A model generated the notes under the pieces. It made no database searches, was not told the origin of the DNA, and saw only the letters and a program-made list of their open reading frames with translations. Shown here one piece after another: positions 56,364 to 64,000 of a stretch of 64,000 nt of DNA. The position numbers and the translations under genes are program-made. Positions within the stretch are counted from its first letter, which is position 1. Every line of letters begins with the position of its first letter. Origin of the DNA: a virus; the IMG/VR virus record IMGVR_UViG_3300027877_000005. The stretch is one strand, 5' to 3'.

Positions 56364-59300
56364 AATTTTACAATTCCTTTTATATATTTGTTTATAATTA
56401 CTATATAACTAGTTCCAGTTTCGATATTAGCATCAAAAGCTAGATGGTTATTCAATTCTGCTTCAGACATAATAAACTTATTTATATCTGTTTCAAATAC
56501 TGCATGAGTATTTATTACAGTTTCACATTCAATCTTGTGAGCGTCAGGTGGTGCTATACCAGCTACATAAGCTTTTGTAGAACTGCTTACAGCCTCAGCA
56601 CCATAAACATACGCATGGATATAAGAAATATTAGCGGTATGTCCTTGTACGAAGGCACTTATTCTAGAAGTAGTGCTTGAAATTCCTACCACATAAGCAG
56701 ATTTATTACTGCTTACTATTACTCCACCATGTACATATGCAGGAATTTGTGAAACTGCTGTACTTTGACCAGCTACATAAGCCCCTATATTAGAACTTAT
56801 TACAGCTTTACCTGAAGTGTAAGCTGGTACATTACTACTTGTCTTTATTATACCATAAGTGTACGCATTTGTCAAGGATGAAGCGATAGATTTTCCTGCT
56901 AAATATGCAGAAATTCTGGAATTTGTAGAGATTTTACCAGAAGTATAGGCAAATTTAGAAGTTTTTTCTACAATTCCACCAGCTACATATGCTGATTTAG
57001 AAGAGCTTGTATCTGCTTTACCATGAGTATAAGCACTAATAGAACTTTCATTACCAGCATATCCACTAACAAAGGCATGGATTGAAGAAGAACTAGTTGC
57101 TATACCTGTTGTAAATGCTGGTATACTATCTGCAATATCTTGTCTACCGTGTACATATGCTGGAATAGAATCTACAGCACCAGCCTGTCCAGATACATAT
57201 GCATGTTGTGATGTTATATCGTAACTTTGTCCTTTTGTAAAGGCATGGATAGAACTGGTATCAACAGAATATCCATTTACAATGGATAGAACTGGTATCA
57301 ACAGAATATCCATTTACAAAGGCGTGTATAGAACCTTGTAATGTAGAAGTACCTGATGTATATGCTGATGTAGAGTCTACAGCATCTTGCTTACCTTTTG
57401 TATATGCAGATATATTATCTTGGGCTGTAGAAATTCCTGCTACATATGCTGACTTGGTTGCTTCAGCAGTTGTTTTACCAGCTACAAATGCAGAATGAGA
57501 ATCGCTTAATGTTTCTTGTCCACGAACATATGCATGTACATTTGAAGATACAGATATATATCCTAGTACTGGTATTCCAACTGTAACCCATTCAATTTCA
57601 AATCCATATGCCCCTTGTACAAAAGCATGAATTAGACTATTAGCATAGTCTAAACCTTTTGTATAAGCAGGAATGGATGCAATTCCTGGTGCAAACCCAA
57701 AGGTGTATGCTGGTTGTGAATCACTTGCTATATCTTGACCAGAAGTAAATGCAGACTTATTTGCTATTCCACTATATTGACCTCTAGTGTAAGCATTTAT
57801 ATTTCCAACTTGTGATGCTTGCCCCTTTACAAAAGCTAATTGATTGTCACTTGCATCAAATTTACCTTGTACAAAAGCTTGTTGATTATCACTTATAATC
57901 AATCCACCAGAAGTGTATGCAGTGTGAGAACCACTTGCTATACTTGAACCTCTAGTATATGCAATCTGGTTATCTGATACTACTAATCCACCAGCCACAT
58001 AAGCGGTCTTAGAAGCACTTGTAGATATTTGTCCACGTACATATGCTGATTGATTATCACTTACGATTAGTCCACCACTTACATATGCATAGATAGATGA
58101 TATTTCAGTACTTCTACCCGCAGTATAAGCATGGATATTAGCTATGCCAGGAGAGAATCCACTTACATAAGCGTGGATAGATGCTGTTGCACCTGATATA
58201 CCACCTACGTAGGCATTTATAGAATCTGTTGTTATGATTCCTCCTGCTACATAGGCATGTAGTAAAGAAATCATAGTGTCTTTACCAGACACGTAAGCTT
58301 TTATAGAACCTGTAGCACCATACTGACCACTTGTAAATGCAGACTTAGATGCAACGAATGTACTTACACCACTTGTAAATGCATTTTGATTATCAGATGT
58401 AGAAATCTGACCTTTGGTGAAAGCAAATTGTGAATCGCTTGTATCTGATGAACCTCTTACATATGCAAATTTAGAAGCAGATGCAAAGATTGGAACACCT
58501 TCTACAAACGCAGAATGTGAATCCGATACTAAGCTTTTACCATGTGTGTATGCAGATTGTGAATCTGAGGATGTAGATAATCCTTTGACATATGCATGAA
58601 TTACACTACTTGAGCTACTTATACCACTTGTATAAGCTAGTTGATTGTCTATACCATATGCTTGCCCTTTAGTGTAAGCATAGATTGAATGTGCTATTAT
58701 GCTCTTACCACTTGTGTAAGCATTGATAGAGTCCGAAGCTATGATTGCAGTACCTTCTACATAGGCATTCTTATTTGCAGAAGCAATTGATTGACCTTTT
58801 ACATACGCTGGTTGGTTATCAACAATTGAATTTTTACCAGCTACAAAAGCATAGATTGAATCTAAGGCTGTATCTTTACCAGATACAAATGCATTTATAG
58901 AATCACTTTGGCTTGCTGAACCTTTTACGAAAGCATGGATATTAGATGATACTGATTGTTGGGTTATTACAGGTAATCCTACAGTAATCCATTCAATCTC
59001 AAAACCATAAGCTCCTTCTACAAATGCTGTCTTCGATGCAATAACTTTTTCTACACCAAAAGTATAAGCTGTTATAGAATCATTTACAGAAGTTTGACCT
59101 CTTACATATGCTGATTTATATCCTGATAAACTGGTTTGTCCTCTTACATATGCCCCTTGGTTATCACTTGCAAAAGATTGTCCTCTAGTGTAGGCATAAA
59201 TTGAATTACTTCCTATACTCTGTCCCTTAGTATAGGCTGATTGATTATCACTTGCTGATTGTTCTGATGGGAATCCTTCTGTATAAGCGTGTATTAAATT

Positions 59301-62147
59301 GCTTGTAGAAATTTGTCCTTTTGTATATGCAAGTTGATTATCTGATGCTACACTTTGACCACTAGTGTAAGCTAATTGATTATCTGATGCACTACTTCTT
59401 CCAGAAACATAAGCGTGTATGAGTGTTGAAGTACTAATCTTACCACTAGTATATGCTAATTGATTGTCAACTATAGAAGTTTGACCACTAGTATAAGCCG
59501 ATTGTGAATCTGCTATACCACTAGCACCTTTTGTATAGGCTGATTTATTAGCAGAAGTTAATGATTGACCGTTGGTGAAAGCTGGTTGATTATCAACTGT
59601 TGAGGTTTGCCCTTTGGTATAAGCAGCCTGATTATCTGTAATACCAGTAGCACCTCTAGTGTAGGCTGGTTGATTATCTAAAGTAGATAATTGACCTCTG
59701 GTATATGCTAATTGATTATCTGATGTACTATCCTTACCTTGTGTAAATGCACCTTTAGAAGCTGAAGCACCATAAGAACCATTTGTGTAAGCATGTTTAT
59801 TGCTACTAGATGATAGAACACCGTTTGTGTAGGCATGTTTACTACTTAGTACCCATGGTACCCATTCAACTATAATATTAGCATTTGTTGTAAGTATTTT
59901 TTCTGTGGATTTAGTTTCAACTATTATGTTAGCAGTAGTAACATCTAGTTTGTCTGATACTTTATCTTCTACTAATATACTAACTTCAGTAGTTCTTATA
60001 CCATGTGCAGATGTAAACGCATGTATCCAGCTTGTCTTAGAGCCTTCTACACCAGAAGTATATGCATGGATTAAAGAAGATTTTGTTCCAGATTGCCCTT
60101 CAGTATAAGCTGGTTGATTGTCGGTAGCTTGAGGAGCACCTTTAGTATATGCAGACTGACTATCCGAAGCTGGTATCCATTCTCCCTCCATAGCTGTATA
60201 AGCATGGATAGAACTTCTAACAAAAGTTTCTTGTAATATTAGATAGTTATAATAAAGATTTCCAGTATCATCTGTAAATACATAGCTAATTCTACCATAT
60301 TCATTTTCAAAATGGTAGGCATATTCTGGAGCAATAGAAGTAAATGTTCCTGTATCAAGAGTTGCTTCTGGATACCAATCTCCACTATCAGCATATTTTG
60401 TATAAATTATATCTCTACTAGTATTGTCAATATAGAAAAGATGTCTATATCCACGTTTATATGCTGCCCCAGGCCAATAACTCCAAGCATTAATGTAGCC
60501 ATTTGCAGTACCAATTCTGGTAAGATTTTCATCCATATAATATGGAGGGCCTGACATACCATGTGTTCTATAAATATAAGTATTACCATCAGGAGAGGCA
60601 ACTATTGATTTTTCTCTGTGTATATATGCCGATGATGGATAAGTTACTTCATCTGCCCACACACCAGTATCTAAATTTCTAGTTCTTGTTGCAGTATAAT
60701 AAGAAGAATCATTATATCCAACTATACATTTGTTTTGGTAAACAAGCATCCCAGGATAGTGCCAGTTTTTAGAAACATTTGCTGGTACATTTTCTGGAGA
60801 AAGCCAAGACCCACTAACTTTATTAGTGTATCTAATTATTCTATAACCACTAACTTGGTCAGTGTAAATTACATGTGGTTTTTCATTAGCATCAAGACTG
60901 ATAAAACATTGTCTGTATGTTGGAAGACCTGTAAGATTAGCTGCCTCTTCCCATGTTCCCCAAGAATCATTAGAAGTATCAAGTATGTTATAGGCTATGT
61001 CTCTTGTAGCTAAAGCATTAGCAGAACTTAGGACATGAATTTTATCATGTGCATCAATAGCAATATTGAAATAAGCAATTGTAGAACTACCATGAATAGT
61101 TGTTACTGAAACCGAAGAAAGTGCAGTCCAAGTTGCACCATCGTTTGAAGATTTATCTATTTGAATATTATTACTATCAGATGATTTAGAGAATACATAT
61201 CTAACCCCCATCTTGGTTGTAACAACATATGCTGGGGCGGCTGATGATGCACGTATTAATGATTTAGTACCTTTTACATAAGCAGACTTAGAAGAAGATG
61301 TACTAGAAGTCCCAGCTACATAAGCAGATTGATTATCAATTGCTTTTCCTTCCTCATATCCATTTACATAAGCATGTTTGCTTGAAGATGCCGAACTACC
61401 AGTATAAGATTGTATTTGTAAGGAGACAAAAGGTATTGCAGGGTCAACTGGATAAGGCCCTTGAATAAAAGCATGTTTACTTGATGATGCTACTTGTGCT
61501 CCATATACATATCCAGATTGATTATCTGAACCTGAATATGCATCAAAGAAAGATGCAGCAATAATACGCCAGTAATCAGCACCAGCGTTTACAAAGTTAA
61601 CTGCAATTGTTCCAGCAGAACCACTATCTAAATCATATTCTGATGCAAATGTCCAGTTACCAGGGTCTGAGCTATGGACTAGAGTATAGTTAGCACCTTG
61701 TGTAGATGCAGTCCTGTAGTCATCTCCTTGTGCAGCTACTATTAATAAATTGGGAAGAGTAGTTACAATATTTACAGATGGATTTGCTGTACTACCACCA
61801 CCACTAATTTGACTATGATATACAACTAGGTCTTTAGTAGTAGTATATGATGATGGATTTAATGCTATAGAATCGCCATCTGCGTTTGGAAGACTAAAAT
61901 TATATGTACCATTATCTGGATTTATTAAATACCATAGTTCAATAGCACAATCATTTCCTGTCCCAGCCTCTGCTACTAAGGTCATCTCCTTTCCGTTATA
62001 AGTTGGTGGAGTAACAGTAGTTCTTCCAGCTACATCTTCAATGTAAACAGAAAGAATTAGTAAATCTCCGTTACATGTATAACTGTAAGTAACAGGATTT
62101 GAAGTGCTATATGTACTTAGTGCTTTATTGTCTAACGAAAAAGACAT
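56360..62147 (-). CDS. Giant Ser-rich 14-aa-repeat virion protein (~1916 aa), split by a 37-bp duplication
   Basis: Repeat xxSx[NS][QIK]xA[YF][TV]xGxx in both ORFs; Asp-box SNDGATW in a propeller-like domain; removing one duplicate gives 1917 codons. Confidence 0.8.
57245..57318. repeat. Exact 37-bp tandem duplication
   Basis: 57245-57281 identical to 57282-57318. Confidence 0.95.
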
Positions 62148-62155
62148 TTAAACTC

Positions 62156-63841
62156 CTAAAAGGTAGCGGCTATAATTGTTACTCTTATTCTAAGTTCTGA
62201 ATAATCAGTAATACTTGATATTTCTCCTGCGGTCAATTGTTTATTAAATTCATGAACTACATCATCTGCTACTGTTTGAGTATCAGAAGTAATTACTGTA
62301 GAACCTTGTCTAAGCTCACATTTTAAAGTTACAGAAGTTGCACCTGCTTTTCTTTTTGCTTTCCAACTTAAGATATGAACACCACTTTTTGTACCAAATA
62401 AACGCTCTAATCTGACCTCAAAATAATCTCCTGTTAGAGCATTATCAAACCATGCATAAGTAGTATCATCTGAATCTGCTAAATTTGGATATAGTGTATA
62501 ACCATCATTTTGATTTATCCAACTATCTCTATAATCATCTGCATATGGAACAGCAACATATCCACTTCCACATACATATGCGTGTATTGAAGAAGATTTT
62601 GGTGAATCACCAATAGCTAAATAGGTTACGAAACTTGGGTGTGGGTCTGGAATATCCATAGCTACGGTAAATCCATCATTGTCCATAGATACCAAATCCA
62701 TTTGTCCCTTTAATACATTGTCAGCTAAAAACAAGTATACTGCCTCATGATTAATCCCCATCATTTCTTCTGTAGGAACTGTCCAATCTTCAGAAGAATA
62801 TGCATAGACTCTACGTTGTGTTTCTGTGGCAGCACCAACACTGAGTCTATCATCGGAAAAGAATCCGCTTACTAATGTATTTCTACTTTGGAATTGATTA
62901 TTACTTATAAAAAGAACTGCGGCTGGTTTAAATCCAACACCAGATACTACAATATTTTCAGTATCTGTTCTAGTCATAAACATACCTGGATGAAAATTTG
63001 GGCCTTTCAGAGCTAAATAATATATATAATTTGCATCATCATATTCACCTAATGTATAGTGACTTAATCTTAATCCACTTGGAAGCCACTCTTTGAAAGA
63101 TACTGTATCTTTCATTACTCTACGTGAGTAATAAGAATCTGTAGATGATGCTATTTCCCCACTAACAGCATAAGTTAATGCACTATTCAAGGCAGTACCT
63201 CCATGATGAGTACCGCCGGCAACTTCGTATTGATTTACATATGGGTTAGTTACAAACCCAATACTCATATCTCCATAGTTATTATTTGTAGCTGGGTCGG
63301 ATGTAAGCATTCCACGTACAACAATTACTCCATCTGGTTGAAAACCAGTAGTAATATCTTTATCTACCCTTTGATATTGCGTAGTTGGTAATGCAGAATA
63401 TCCTAGATATACACCACCGGATGCTATTGTATTTTTTATTGCTAGATAATGTATACGGGAAGCAGTTGAAAACTGGTCAGCTATAACAAATTTAAATCCA
63501 TCACTAGTCATGCCATCAAAATCAGCTATACCATTTAAACCATTCCAGTAAGTATATAAATAAAAAATACTATCTGAACGGTTCCACCCTACCATTGGTT
63601 CTGATGTGGTACCATCTTCATAAAGATGTCCTACATTAAATCTACTTCCACTTGCCGTAGCAATCCCAAAAACAAACGATGTATTTCCTGGACTTATACC
63701 ACTTGCTGTAGATGTGGAATTTCCTCCCCAAATAATTACAGCGGCTGGTGTAAAACCTACACCACTAACAGTTAAAATTTGTCCTGGAGTAAAAGCAGTT
63801 GGTATCGAAAACGAACCAAGATTTATACTATTATTTGCCAT
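62156..63841 (-). CDS. Virion protein with three GFxP repeats, one 14-aa repeat unit and a C-terminal beta domain
   Basis: VGFTP / TGFQP / VGFKP repeats align with 23438-24775; contains SSSIHAYVCG. Confidence 0.7.
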   Translation of the reverse strand: MANNSINLGSFSIPTAFTPGQILTVSGVGFTPAAVIIWGGNSTSTASGISPGNTSFVFGIATASGSRFNVGHLYEDGTTSEPMVGWNRSDSIFYLYTYWNGLNGIADFDGMTSDGFKFVIADQFSTASRIHYLAIKNTIASGGVYLGYSALPTTQYQRVDKDITTGFQPDGVIVVRGMLTSDPATNNNYGDMSIGFVTNPYVNQYEVAGGTHHGGTALNSALTYAVSGEIASSTDSYYSRRVMKDTVSFKEWLPSGLRLSHYTLGEYDDANYIYYLALKGPNFHPGMFMTRTDTENIVVSGVGFKPAAVLFISNNQFQSRNTLVSGFFSDDRLSVGAATETQRRVYAYSSEDWTVPTEEMMGINHEAVYLFLADNVLKGQMDLVSMDNDGFTVAMDIPDPHPSFVTYLAIGDSPKSSSIHAYVCGSGYVAVPYADDYRDSWINQNDGYTLYPNLADSDDTTYAWFDNALTGDYFEVRLERLFGTKSGVHILSWKAKRKAGATSVTLKCELRQGSTVITSDTQTVADDVVHEFNKQLTAGEISSITDYSELRIRVTIIAATF

Positions 63842-63855
63842 AGAATCCTCCTATA

Positions 63856-63999
63856 TTAGACTATAGTTCCAGCTTCTATAACAACTTGAATATTAGTAGC
63901 TAAGTCTGTTTCATCCCAAATTTCTCCAGATGGATTTAATGTTATGTCTTGTAATCCATCTACTTTTTGATAGTTATATCCAACAGTTGTAAAACCAGA
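63856..63999 (-). CDS. 3' end of an upstream ORF (partial)
   Basis: Open frame from the window edge: ...NPSGEIWDETDLATNIQVVIEAGTIV*. Confidence 0.55.
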   Translation of the reverse strand, partial: SGFTTVGYNYQKVDGLQDITLNPSGEIWDETDLATNIQVVIEAGTIV

Positions 64000-64000
64000 T

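Noticed and set aside
43079-57318. Exact duplications as DGR template/variable repeats or as programmed frameshifts
   Set aside because: Copies are adjacent and identical with no adenine-specific differences, there is no reverse transcriptase, and deleting one copy restores each frame exactly
21150-63391. Plus-strand ORFs opposite the structural genes (e.g. 21705, 22588, 29424, 33149, 38137, 45069, 58414, 60312)
   Set aside because: Antisense shadows of long minus-strand genes with no promoter, RBS or family motif
1-64000. Stop-codon reassignment
   Set aside because: Long genes are intact in the standard code, and TAA, TAG and TGA all terminate genes with coupled downstream starts

Overview
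The window is a 64-kb segment of a large, AT-rich tailed dsDNA phage genome. No tail sheath lies in the contiguous head-to-lysis block, so a siphovirus morphotype is inferred. A GH25+SH3b endolysin, no spanins and sigma70/SigA promoters with extended -10 suggest a monoderm host. There are four blocks. (1) 0.3-12.2 kb, + strand: an expanded phiEco32-type amide/peptide-ligase operon (three glutamine-synthetase-fold ligases, one ATP-grasp, class II and class I glutaminases) containing a RuvB-like ATPase that lacks the RuvA-binding hairpin. (2) 12.2-18.9 kb: a GC-richer island of orphan genes built as repeated units of stop codon, fixed-spacing 24-bp motif (CAGTTTSTR-N8-CWGTTAY), hairpin, GTAC-NN-GTAC boxes, consensus promoter and gene. 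ORF-less copies of these units pile up where the island meets a convergent minus-strand mini-operon rich in RNA structure. (3) 19-22 kb, - strand: C5 DNA methyltransferase, small genes and lysis genes. (4) 23-64 kb, - strand: the virion module (terminase, portal, capsid, neck, tail, tape measure, two hub paralogues, fibres). Embedded in it are an eight-enzyme sugar synthesis, methylation and transfer cluster, a GT4 gene among the neck genes, and a ~1,900-aa Ser-rich 14-residue-repeat protein; outer virion proteins are enriched in Ser-Gly dipeptides. The best candidates for undescribed systems are a virion glycosylation system with a possible SG sequon and the motif-delimited gene-cassette island. 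Two exact tandem duplications (85 and 37 bp) frameshift the major capsid gene and the giant repeat gene and are probably assembly artefacts. All counts are manual and all family assignments come from motif recognition; no searches were run.
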